A program made the translations under genes and the position numbers. The notes beneath the pieces were generated by a model that was given only the letters and a program-made list of their open reading frames with translations, was not told the origin of the DNA and made no database searches. DNA of 64,000 bases from Reclinomonas americana ATCC 50394 (lineage: Eukaryota). Below are positions 36,501 through 47,229 of this stretch, piece after piece. Each line of letters opens with the position of its first letter. The stretch's first letter is position 1. The DNA lies in the NCBI GenBank assembly GCA_048213135.1, contig PS015187.1, positions 1 through 64,000 of the forward strand. Direction: 5' to 3'.

Positions 36501-37817
36501 CGGTGCCGGCGGTGATCTCGCATCGCCGTGCGTGTGCTTCTCGGTGGGCGGCGATCTGGTGGCGGCCGGCTGCCAGTCGAAGACCGAGGGGCACGTGGTG
36601 CGCGTGTGGCAGGTGCTGACCAAGGAGGAGACGCACTGCTTGCGTGGTGCGCTCGACGCGGTGCGCACTGTGGCCTTCCTTCCGCAGCAGCATCGGCGGG
36701 AGACGCCGGTGGTGGTGGCGGGTGGCGTGGATGGGATGGTGCGGGTGTGGGCGTGTGGGGAGGATGGTGGTGGGGAGGTGGTGGGGGAGCTTGGGGGGCA
36801 TACGGAGGTGGTGACGGCGGTGGCTGCTGGGGTAGGCGGGAAGGGGGTGCAGGTGGTGTCGGCCAGTGCGGATCGGTCGGTGAGGGTGTGGAGCGGGTGT
36901 GGGGAAAGGTTGGTGGATCCGAAGGGGAAGGCTGAAGGGGAAGGCTGAAGGGAAAGGGGTAGAGAGGGAAAGGGGCAGAGAGGGAAAGGGGCAGAGAGGG
37001 AAGCGGTGAAAAGGGAGGGATTGAAGGAGAAGGAAGAGGAGGAACGCAAAGAAGTCCAGCATGCTTATGAGAAGAACAGAAGTTGAAAGCGAGGTCAGAG
37101 AGAAACGAGACCGAATAGGAGAGCAGAGATTCGTTGACTGTGGGGAGCAGAGATGACAGAGTATCAGTGTTTCGAGAGTGCCATGTTGGAAGCGTTAAGG
37201 TCCACATGGGAATAGGAGCAGTGGACTCGAAAGGAGAAGTGCCATGTGCTGCTGATGGTGGAGGGCTTAGAATGTTGGTTGGATGTCTGTCAAGCTGTGG
37301 GCGGTAGCACATCAAGGGATGGAATGCAGAACGAAGACTGGGTCTGCAAGTGAACGATGTTGTGATACTGACGGCAGTGTTGCAAAGCATTGAAAGAGAT
37401 CGAGAGCTGAGGGAAATTGAGTGACGACTGAGATGTGAGTGGTTGGAGAGAAGTGAGCGGCGATGGACATGAGAGTGACGTTGAAGGGATTGTTGAGAGA
37501 TACAACTTGGGTTGGCAGAGATGAGAGTGGGTAAGATGGAAGAGGGATAGTACGATGAAGACATGATTGACTTGGTGGAAGTGTTTCGATGGCACAGTTG
37601 GAGAGGTGTGTGCCTGAATGCGTCCTGGTTCTCAATCCTTGCTTCCCCCTTTGCGCGCAGTCCCTCGCCACCCGTTCTGTGGCAAGTCATCGGCACCTTC
37701 AACGCCGACTTTCGCGGCTGCAACACGAGTGATTCCACCGGCAAGGACACGGTGGCGTCGGCGAATGTGCGTGCGCTGGCCGGAATGTCAGGCATGTGGA
37801 GGCCGGTGGTGACGTGA
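24503..37817 (+). CDS. NLR-like STAND protein: FYVE-like zinc finger - unknown region - NACHT (degenerate) - NACHT - pentapeptide repeats - WD40 repeats
   Basis: Start MGATQS. FYVE-like: CGGCGKSF..FVRGR|RHCKRCGNPVCSDC...RLCESC. Walker A/B pairs: GSAGTGKS / LLLVDDYH and GESGAGKS / LLLLDGYDE. Winged-helix motif WFFLHPSLQEYFVA. Pentapeptides: DLSFVDLAGADLQDA...GADLRGANL. About 14 WD40 units. Terminal exon 37661-37817 is phase-compatible. Two internal junctions (near 30300 and 31580) are ambiguous. Confidence 0.75.
28965..29060. repeat. (TTC)n microsatellite in an intron
   Basis: Visible directly in the sequence. Confidence 0.95.
30950..31400. repeat. Degenerate 12-bp tandem repeat (CTCGCTCCCTGT)n in an intron
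   Basis: Visible directly in the sequence. Confidence 0.85.
33335..33505. repeat. 9-bp tandem repeat (CTTCTCCGC)n in an intron
   Basis: About 16 perfect units. They produce the artefactual LLRLLR / EKAEKA ORF text. Confidence 0.95.
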
Positions 37818-37882
37818 GAGTGAAAAAAAGTGGCAAACAACATTAGGTACATTACTCGTGGCTCTTGTTTTCGCGGGGGCTG

Positions 37883-40610
37883 TCATCTGGGAGTCAGCGG
37901 CGCGCCCAGGCGACCGGGTGTCTGTGCCGCCTCCATGGTGGCACTCATGCGTGGTGGGGGCATGGGGATGCTGGCAGGTATGTCGTTGGCGGCAACTGGT
38001 GCGACGGGTGGCAAATAGTTGCTCTCCGATGGGATGGATTGCATGGGCACGAGGAGCTGCGATAGGGGGAAAGGGTGAGGGGAGGGAGAGGTGTGAGGAA
38101 GGGACAACAAGAGGAGAAGCGCTCTCTCCCTTCCCCCTTCAACCTTGCGATCTGCACTCGTCAGCTCCTCGGCATACGAATCCACATCATCATCGTCGCG
38201 ATCGAGCAACTCGCGCGAATCAACACGCCCACCAAACAGTGTGTCGAGCGACTCCACCGTGCTCATGCGATAGCTGCTGCTCTTGCGCGAGAAGCCGCCC
38301 TGCTCCTGGCCGTACCGCTTGCGCGAGTTGAGCATGAGACACAGCTCGTAGGTCTGCGCTCCGCGCAGGATGAGTCGCAGCATGTAGAACACCAGCAGGT
38401 TGTTCCACACAAAGTCGCCCAGGTCGGCAATGGTGCTGATGACGCAGATGATGGCCAGGGCGGCGGTGGTGCTGGCGATGATGCTGGTCTGGGGGAGGGA
38501 AAAGGGAGATGAGGATGGGAAAAGGAGAAGGTGAAGGAGAAGGGCACAAAGAGAGGTGGTGATGGGGCAAAACTGGCGGTTTCTCGCCTTTGGAGTAATT
38601 CACTCGGTGAGGAAGCGAGACAGAAACGGGTGATGGGGAGAGCGAATCAGAGAGAAGAGAGCAGAAAGAGGAAGAGAGACAAGAGAGACACGAGAGAAGG
38701 GAGAGAGAGAAGAGAGAAGACAGAGAGAGAAGCGAGAAGAGAGAGAGACAAAATAGAAGAGAGAAACAAGAGGGAGAACAGAGAGAGAGAGAGAAAGAAA
38801 GAGACGCGAGAAGCGAGAAGACGGAGAGGAAATAGAGAAGCGAGAGACAAGAGGGAAGCGAGAAGCGAGAAGACAAGAGACGAGAGAACAGAGAGAGAAA
38901 TAGAGAGTAAGAGAGAGAGAGAAAGAGAGAGAGAGGGAAGAGAGAAGCGAGAAGACAGAGAGATGCGAGAAGAGAGTGACAAGAGAGAAGAGAGACAAGA
39001 GAGAACAGAGAGAGAGAGAGAGAAAACAGAGAGAGAAGTGAGAAGACAGAGAAGAGAGAGAGAGAGGAGGGATGCAAGAAATCAAGCGCTGGAAGGAAAG
39101 AGAGAAATGATGTAAAAGATAGAAACAGAGGGAGAGGGATGAGTGACTGTAAAGAGGGAGAGAGAAAGCAAGAATGACAAACGGCTCGGCATCATTCTCT
39201 CAATCAAGCCTTTGAGTCTCCGTTGCATATTCACGAAGATGGCACACGCGAGTGACTATGACTTTCAGAGTGACTCTCCCTTCAGTCTCCCTCCGCCCGC
39301 CGCACCTTGATGATCGCTCGCTTGAGCCTCGTGCTCGTCCCCACAAACGTGGTCGACTTGACAGTGAAGAACACGGCCACCATGAAGGCGCATTGGAAGG
39401 TCGACAGCGCCGTGGCCGACGTGAAGATCTACGCCAGAAAAAGTAAGTCTCCTTCGTACCCCCGCCGTCCTCTTCTCCGCCTCGACGCAACGATTTCCGC
39501 CGCCAGATCCAGCCCGCGGCAGTGCTTGTCGTGCAGCGTCAGTTGCGGGCACGCCGCATACGAGGCGATCTCGATTATGACGAGAAGGCCGGCCACGCCA
39601 AAGCAAATGTACTCGACGATGAGCATGGTCAGGTATCTCTTGTCTTGGTTCCACTGCAGGCGCAGGCTTTGCAGGATGGTGGCCCTGTGGCGCGGTTGGG
39701 TGAGGGAGGTGAATCGAGAGGGGAGGGGAGGCGACGCACCAGTATGTGGGCAGTAGGGCGCAGGTGATGGCCAGGAAGCCGTTGCAGAGGAATAGGGCGC
39801 CGCGGTCGGTGAAAGTGGAGGTCCACACGAAGACCACGAGGGCTGCGTGAGGCAAAAGAGAAAGGGAGGAATGAGGAGAAGGAGATGGGTTAGGGCCTGC
39901 GGGCGAGGGTTAAGGGTGAGGAGAACGGAGAGGGGAAGAAGAGACAAAGGAATTAGGGAGACAGGGAGAGAGAATGGGAGAGGGACAGTGAAGGGTAAAG
40001 AGAAGGGAGGAAAAGGAGATGGGTTAGGGATTGAGGGCGAGGGAGAAGGGAGAGAGGAAGAAGAGACAAAGGAATAAGGGAGTGGCAGAGAGGAGCTGAT
40101 TGTGCCAGGAGAGCGCGACGATGACTAGAACGCAACAGACAGCCTCGGCAGAGGCGGACGTGCGGATTGCTTGCAAGAGCCAGAATCGTCGACGTGAGGT
40201 CAGCAGGTGGGCGGGTCTGGATGAAAGAGAAGAAGGTGAGAAGGAAGAAGAAAGAAAGAAAAGAAGAAGACGGTGAGGGAGTTGAGAAGGAAGGAGAATG
40301 AGCGACAGAGTCTGAGTGGGAATGAGCGAGGAGGAGACAGCGACTGAGCGTGAGAGGCCTGAGGAGAAGGACAGACACAAAGAAGGATGGAAATCCTGGG
40401 ACTGAGGTTGGTCATGATAATATAGTGAGATAAACAAAGGAAGAGAAGGAGAGAAAAGAACAGGGGTGAGAGACAACAAAGAGAGAGAGAGAGAGAGGAG
40501 GCAGATGACAGAGAGAGAGAGAGAGAGGAGGAGGAGGAAGAAGATCAGAGAGAAATGACAGAGTGAGGGTGATCATACAGATAGATTGCATCACTGACTG
40601 CACTCTCTCA

Positions 40611-40642
<32 letters not shown>

Positions 40643-40738
40643 ACACTCCTCTCTCTCTCTCTCTTTCCCCTCTCTCTTCTGTCAAGTCGTGAGTGATGCA
40701 AAAAGACGGCAATAAGTGACTGATATCATTCTCTCCCT

Positions 40739-40809
<71 letters not shown>

Positions 40810-41802
40810 NNNNNNNNNNNNNNNNNNNNNNNNNNNNNNNNNNNNNNNNNNNNNNNNNNNNNNNNNNNNNNNNNNNNNNNNNNNNNNNNNNNNNNNNNNN
40901 NNNNNNNNNNNNNNNNNNNNNNNNNNNNNNNNNNNNNNNNNNNNNNNNNNNNNNNNNNNNNNNNNNNNNNNNNNNNNNNNNNNNNNNNNNNNNNNNNNNN
41001 NNNNNNNNNNNNNNNNNNNNNNNNNNNNNNNNNNNNNNNNNNNNNNNNNNNNNNNNNNNNNNNNNNNNNNNNNNNNNNNNNNNNNNNNNNNNNNNNNNNN
41101 NNNNNNNNNNNNNNNNNNNNNNNNNNNNNNNNNNNNNNNNNNNNNNNNNNNNNNNNNNNNNNNNNNNNNNNNNNNNNNNNNNNNNNNNNNNNNNNNNNNN
41201 NNNNNNNNNNNNNNNNNNNNNNNNNNNNNNNNNNNNNNNNNNNNNNNNNNNNNNNNNNNNNNNNNNNNNNNNNNNNNNNNNNNNNNNNNNNNNNNNNNNN
41301 NNNNNNNNNNNNNNNNNNNNNNNNNNNNNNNNNNNNNNNNNNNNNNNNNNNNNNNNNNNNNNNNNNNNNNNNNNNNNNNNNNNNNNNNNNNNNNNNNNNN
41401 NNNNNNNNNNNNNNNNNNNNNNNNNNNNNNNNNNNNNNNNNNNNNNNNNNNNNNNNNNNNNNNNNNNNNNNNNNNNNNNNNNNNNNNNNNNNNNNNNNNN
41501 NNNNNNNNNNNNNNNNNNNNNNNNNNNNNNNNNNNNNNNNNNNNNNNNNNNNNNNNNNNNNNNNNNNNNNNNNNNNNNNNNNNNNNNNNNNNNNNNNNNN
41601 NNNNNNNNNNNNNNNNNNNNNNNNNNNNNNNNNNNNNNNNNNNNNNNNNNNNNNNNNNNNNNNNNNNNNNNNNNNNNNNNNNNNNNNNNNNNNNNNNNNN
41701 NNNNNNNNNNNNNNNNNNNNNNNNNNNNNNNNNNNNNNNNNNNNNNNNNNNNNNNNNNNNNNNNNNNNNNNNNNNNNNNNNNNNNNNNNNNNNNNNNNNN
41801 NN

Positions 41803-41865
<63 letters not shown>

Positions 41866-42019
41866 TCTCTCCCTCTCACACTCACGGTATCTTCACCACG
41901 AAGAAATGATATAAAATGGAGAGCACTGCAAGTGCACAAGCCGGCGCCATGATCAGTGTGGTGATCACTGAGGCCCACAGTGGCACCTCACTGTGTAAGC
42001 CGAAAGAGGGGTCGTCCAT
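37883..42019 (-). CDS. Multi-pass (about 7 TM) membrane protein, GPCR-like topology, with an acidic/Pro-rich cytosolic tail
   Basis: Successive minus-strand exons each encode hydrophobic helices (LWASVITTLIMAPACALAVLSILYHFFVV; AVCCVLVIVALSW; ALFLCNGFLAITCALL; YLTMLIVEYICFGVAGLLVII; FQCAFMVAVFFTV; IIASTTAALAIICVISTI; LLVFYMLRLIL), followed by a polar tail ending ...GAPLTPR*. Confidence 0.6.
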
Positions 42020-42283
42020 TCTCTCCCAAACACACGACTGAACACTAAAATGAAAAGTGGGAGGACGGAAGGACTTCTCTTTGTTTGCTTTTGTTGACAG
42101 TGTTTTCGTGGAGTGAGGCGAGGGGGAGTGACTGTATAGTGTGTACGTCAATGAGCGAGCTGCACGCAAGGAATGGCCGAAGACGTGCTGGACTTCGAAC
42201 AACTGCAGTGCGACACCTCCAACAGAAGTGAGAAGAAAGGTATGGAGTCACACCCTCCACCTTCTCCTTCCTCCTCCTTGAAT

Positions 42284-45200
42284 TCACTTGCCACCTGTAA
42301 ACTCAATAACATCATACGACGGCTCCTGCGCTCCACTGCCGCGTCTCCTCCTGCGCTTCTTGCCGGTCTTCACCGGCGTGCCCGTCATCAACGGATCGCC
42401 CGCCTCCTCCTCGTACTCGACGCGCGTGGCGTCCGTGTACGCCGACTTGGAGGGAGGTAGTCGTCCACTCGCCCCTCCATCTCGCGGTGGCGGTGGTGTC
42501 GACGACGCCGAGGCATCCAACTCCCAGCTGGGCTTGGACGGCGGGCGGAATTCGTTGCGCTGCGCATTCCAGCCGTCGGCGAGGCGGCGGTAAAAATGAT
42601 CGCCCACGCGCTGTGTCATCTGGTACCCGAGGGGCTCCAGCAGCGTGTCGTAGGCCGCCAGTTGCATGCCGTAGTGGTTCTGCACCGAGAGGAGATCCAC
42701 GGTCACGGCGCCAAAGTCGATGCCGCGGAGGACGGCCAGGTCGGCGCCCTCCACGTCGATGCTGAGGTAGTCGATGTGCTTGATGCCGCGCTCTGTGGAT
42801 GAAAGGGAAGGGTGAGGAGAAGGAGGAAGAGGAAGGGGGAAGAGGAAGGGGGAAGAGGAAGGGGGAAGAGGAAGGGGGAAGAGGAAGGGGGAAGAGGNNN
42901 NNNNNNNNNNNNNNNNNNNNNNNNNNNNNNNNNNNNNNNNNNNNNNNNNNNNNNNNNNNNNNNNNNNNNNNNNNNNNNNNNNNNNNNNNNNNNNNNNNNN
43001 NNNNNNNNNNNNNNNNNNNNNNNNNNNNNNNNNNNNNNNNNNNNNNNNNNNNNNNNNNNNNNNNNNNNNNNNNNNNNNNNNNNNNNNNNNNNNNNNNNNN
43101 NNNNNNNNNNNNNNNNNNNNNNNNNNNNNNNNNNNNNNNNNNNNNNNNNNNNNNNNNNNNNNNNNNNNNNNNNNNNNNNNNNNNNNNNNNNNNNNNNNNN
43201 NNNNNNNNNNNNNNNNNNNNNNNNNNNNNNNNNNNNNNNNNNNNNNNNNNNNNNNNNNNNNNNNNNNNNNNNNNNNNNNNNNNNNNNNNNNNNNNNNNGG
43301 GAGGGAAGGAAACTGGAAGTGGAGCAGAACTGGAGAACACAGGAGGAAGAGTGAAGAAGTTGGATAGACCTTTGAGGATGTCCCGCAAAGGGCGACATTG
43401 CACCACGCGGCCATTGTCGAGCTTCTCACGCTTGATGCGCTCCAAGTGCTCTGCCAAGAAGCGGGAAGTGGTGAGTCCGCCGCTCCCCTTTGCCACCTTT
43501 CCCCTTCTCCCCTTCAAACGCAACTGGCCGGGAAGTACCGCTTCAATCCACTCTGCATTGCCGAGTCGATGAAGTCGTCGACCGACTCCTTCACGTCCGT
43601 GACGCACACATTGATGGTCTCACACTTGCTGCGGTTGTCACCGGCGGCGTACTCGAGTTCCGTGTCGCTGGCGTCGATACAGAGGCCGCGCCAGCCGAGG
43701 CACTTTTCGAGCAGGTACGTGTTGGAGCCGTTGATGCCGTGTGAGCCAACGTCGACAAAGAAGCCGTCGCGTTTCCAGCCGTAGAATTGGGCAACGTACT
43801 TGTCTTGACCGGCGGAGCTGACGCCTTGGAAGCGTTGCGTGGCGCAGATGGGCTGCACGATGCATTGCTCCAGGCCTGCGATGTAGGGAAAGGGTGGGTG
43901 GGTAAGAGGTGATGAGGAGACTGAATATTTCCTGTTTCTCACTTGCTGACCACTTGCGATCAAATAATAAACTACCGAAGACAGTCGTCCACAAAATGTG
44001 CAAGGAAGCTCTCTTTCTTTCACATTGAGTTGCAAGAAGCAGCAGGCGGACGAAAAGAGAATCAGTCAAAGAATGCAATATCACCTCCACCGCTGTGCAG
44101 AAAGCAACTATCAGAAAAGGGCAACTGACACCTTCTCTCTCCCTTAGATAAGCTTCTGAGCGACGCTAGCAAGCAGAAGTCACACCTCCGCTCACTTCCT
44201 CAAGAGAATTCATCAACAATCGTGCGAAGAGGAGAGTGGATGCAAAAAGCTTGGTGAAATGCACACCGTCTCTTCTCCATTCCATTTTCCCCATGGTGAT
44301 TCTCCCAAACTCTCTCTCTCTCTACTTTCTCTTGCTCATCTGCTGCCTCTCTCTCTCTCTTACACACACAGCCACTCTGCTACCTCCACTTGTTCTTTCC
44401 CCCTTCCCCTTCCTCCTTCTCATTCACCCTTCCCTTCCTTCACCTTCTTCCCTCCCCATTCTCACTTCCCTTGTCCACTCACCCTTCCCGTTCCTCTCTC
44501 CCTGTCCCCCCTTTCCCCTCTCCCCTTCTCCTTCCCCCTTTCTCCTCTCCCCTGTTCCCTTGTCCCCCCTTCCCTACTCCCTCCCCTTGAACTCACCCAA
44601 CACGCCATGCGCGGTCCACGGCTTCTGATTCTTGTGCCGATGCGTGACAAAACTGCCCGCCACCTGTGCATATTGGTGCAGCCAGCGGTCGCAGTTGATG
44701 GGCTCCTCCGAGGCCGCATTGGCCTGCGCCACCGCCGCCGTCAGCGCAATCTGATCGTCAATGAGCGACTCCACGCTGTTGCGCGGCAACTGCGGTCGCG
44801 GCTGCGTCTCGTTCACGTCGCCGGTGATGGTGGCACCGGCCAGGGCCGCGGGCGTGGAAGGGGTGGAGGGAGGAGAAGGAGAGGGTGCTTCTGCTTCTTT
44901 TGTTGTCAGTGTCCATGAGGGTGTTGGTGGTGGTGTTGGTGGTGGTGGGACTGCGGGAGGCGGTTGCGGGGCGCGGAGATCGGGGGGCACAGACGGTGCG
45001 GCGGGTGGCACCCAGGCAATGGGCACAATGGGTGTCGCTGAGGCTTCTCGTTCGGCGATCTTGGATTCGACGCGACGGCGTTGGGCGAGCATCTCGACGC
45101 GAAGGGCCTCCAGTTCCTGGGGGTGAAGGAGAGGGAAAGGAAGTGAGGGAGGGGAGAAGGGGGAAGGGGGGAAGGAGCAAGGGGGAAGAGCGAGGGGGAA

Positions 45201-46097
45201 GAGCGAGGGGAAGAGCGGGAGGAGAGTAAGAGAGTGAGAGAGCAAGGGGAGATGAGAAGGAGGAAGAACATGGGGGGGCATGGAGGGAACAGCAAGGGAG
45301 GGAAGAGCAAGGGTGGAAGAGCAAGGGTGGAAAAAGGGAAGAAGGGTCACAGAGGAGAAAGAGAGGGGAGAGAAAAGATGAGAAGAAGGAGCAGAGAGAG
45401 AGAGAGAGAGGAGCGTGAGAGAGAGGGAGGGGGGGAGCAAGCAAGGGGAGACGAGAACAGAAGAATGAGGAAGCGCGAGAGGAGTGAGAGAGGGCGAGAG
45501 CGAGAAAGAGAGAAACAGAGAAAGGGAGAGACAGAGAGAGAGAGAGAGGGCGAGAGGGCGAGAGGGCGAGAGAGAGAGAGACAGAGAGAGAGAGCGCCAA
45601 CACAGATGCGAGACACAAGAATCAGAATATGAGCACACACAATCACACACACGTGTTCACTCTCTCTCTCTCACACGCACACACACACACACACACACAC
45701 AAACCTCCTCCAACAACCTCCTCCTCTGCGCCTCCTCGCCTCCATCCCTCACCGCCTTCTCCGCCACCACCACCGCCAACGCCGATCGCGATCGCTCACG
45801 ACCACCACTCTCCTCATCACCACCATCACTTTTCATCGCTGTTTCATCGCCTTCTCCTGCCATTTTCATCACCGCGACGATCGCCAGGCTTTCGTCGGGC
45901 GGTCTGCGCATGGCCAGAACGACGGTCCATAGCACGAGAAGCGAGGTGAAGAGGAGAAGAGCGCCTCCGATGCGCCACAGACATTGTGATTGAGAGGAAG
46001 AGTGAGCAGTTGAGGAGGATCGGTTGTGCCACCACACACTGTTGTCAGTGGAGGTGTGAGGAGCGATCATTACTCCTGACTGACTGCCTCGTGTCAT
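42284..46097 (-). CDS. Membrane-anchored FkbM-family (Methyltransf_21) SAM-dependent methyltransferase with a Pro-rich stalk
   Basis: Motifs SSAGQDKYV..Y..KRDGFFVDVGSHG.NGSNTYLLEKCLGWRGLCID and IDYLSIDVEGADLAVLRGIDF. N-terminal TM segment LWRIGGALLLFTSLLVLWTVVLA. Exact 5' and 3' ends uncertain. Confidence 0.8.
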
Positions 46098-46695
46098 CGC
46101 TCACGACTGCAACCAACAAAGTAGTGATCGTCAATGTAATGTGTCCGGAGTGCCTTGTATTGCGACGTTGCAAACTCATCATCAACAACACAACAGCAAT
46201 TCTACTAATCCAAACAGCAACATAGGCATGATAATCACCATCTTTAGTGAGCACCAGAAACTCGAAAATCACGGAACAACGAGAAAAGGTTGATCGCGAG
46301 ATGGCTAATGCTTGCGTTTCTGCAACAGAAACCACGGCTCGTAACAAGCATATATTCTTCATTGGCCTGAGATGCGAGGTGAAGAGGAGAAGAGCGCCTC
46401 CGATGCGCCACAGACATTGTGATTGAGAGGAAGAGTGAGCAGTGGAGGAGGATCGATTGTTGTGTCACCACACACTGTTGTCAGTGGAGGTGTGAGGAGC
46501 GACCATTACTCCTGATTGACTGGCACCTCGTGTCATTGCGCGCTCTCTCGCGATTGCAACCGAGTGGTGATCGTCAATGTAACGTGTCCGGAGTGCCTTG
46601 TATTGCGACGTTCCTTTGCCATATGAGCACGAGAAGCGAGGAGAAGAGGAGAAGAGGGCCTCCGAAGCGCCACAGACATTGTGATTGACAGGAAG
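45930..46695. repeat. Partial triplication of the methyltransferase 5' exon (copies near 45935, 46373 and 46630)
   Basis: GAAGAGGAGAAGAG(C/G)GCCTCCGA(T/A)GCGCCACAGACATTGTGATTGA occurs three times. About 230 bp is shared between the first two copies. Confidence 0.85.
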
Positions 46696-47229
46696 AGAAA
46701 GAGTGAGCTGTCCATTGACCCTTCGACGTCGAGGACCGAAGTGAGAGAGTGTTTACACAACGAACGGAAGAGTGACCGACACTCACCCGTTCGTATGAAG
46801 CGACGACGTGCAGCAGTGCGAACGAAGGGCAAGAAGGGAAAGAGAGGAGTGAAGAATTAAATGTGGAACAGGAAGAGGACGTGGAGGACGAAGCACAAGA
46901 AGACGAGCAGCAGCCGCAACGCAAACGCAGAAAGGTTGCAGAGCTCGGATGCGTGGCGACTGTCGTGGATGGTGAGCGGAGATGAAGACAGAGAGAGAGA
47001 GGAAGTGACATCTTCTGCCTTTTCCATCTTCCAGTGTCTCGCTCTCACTCTTTTCTCTCGCTCGCATGCTCTTATCTTTCTCTTTCGCGCGCGCGTGTGT
47101 GTGTGTGTGTGTTCCTCCTTCTCTGTCTCTTTGTTCAGTCACTCTGGTCTCTCGCTCGCATGCGTTCTCTCTTGTGTGTGTGCCTCCTTCTCTGTCTCAC
47201 TTTCCTCCTATGTCTCCTTGTGTGCAAGC

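Noticed and set aside
34377-37062. Long antisense ORFs opposite the WD40 exon
   Set aside because: These are expected shadows of GC-rich coding sequence and have no domain features.
42020-42300. Possible fusion of the FkbM methyltransferase to the downstream 7TM gene
   Set aside because: One splice route (GAG acceptor) would join them, but the stronger CTGCAG acceptor leads to stops at 42148 or 42045. It cannot be supported without cDNA.
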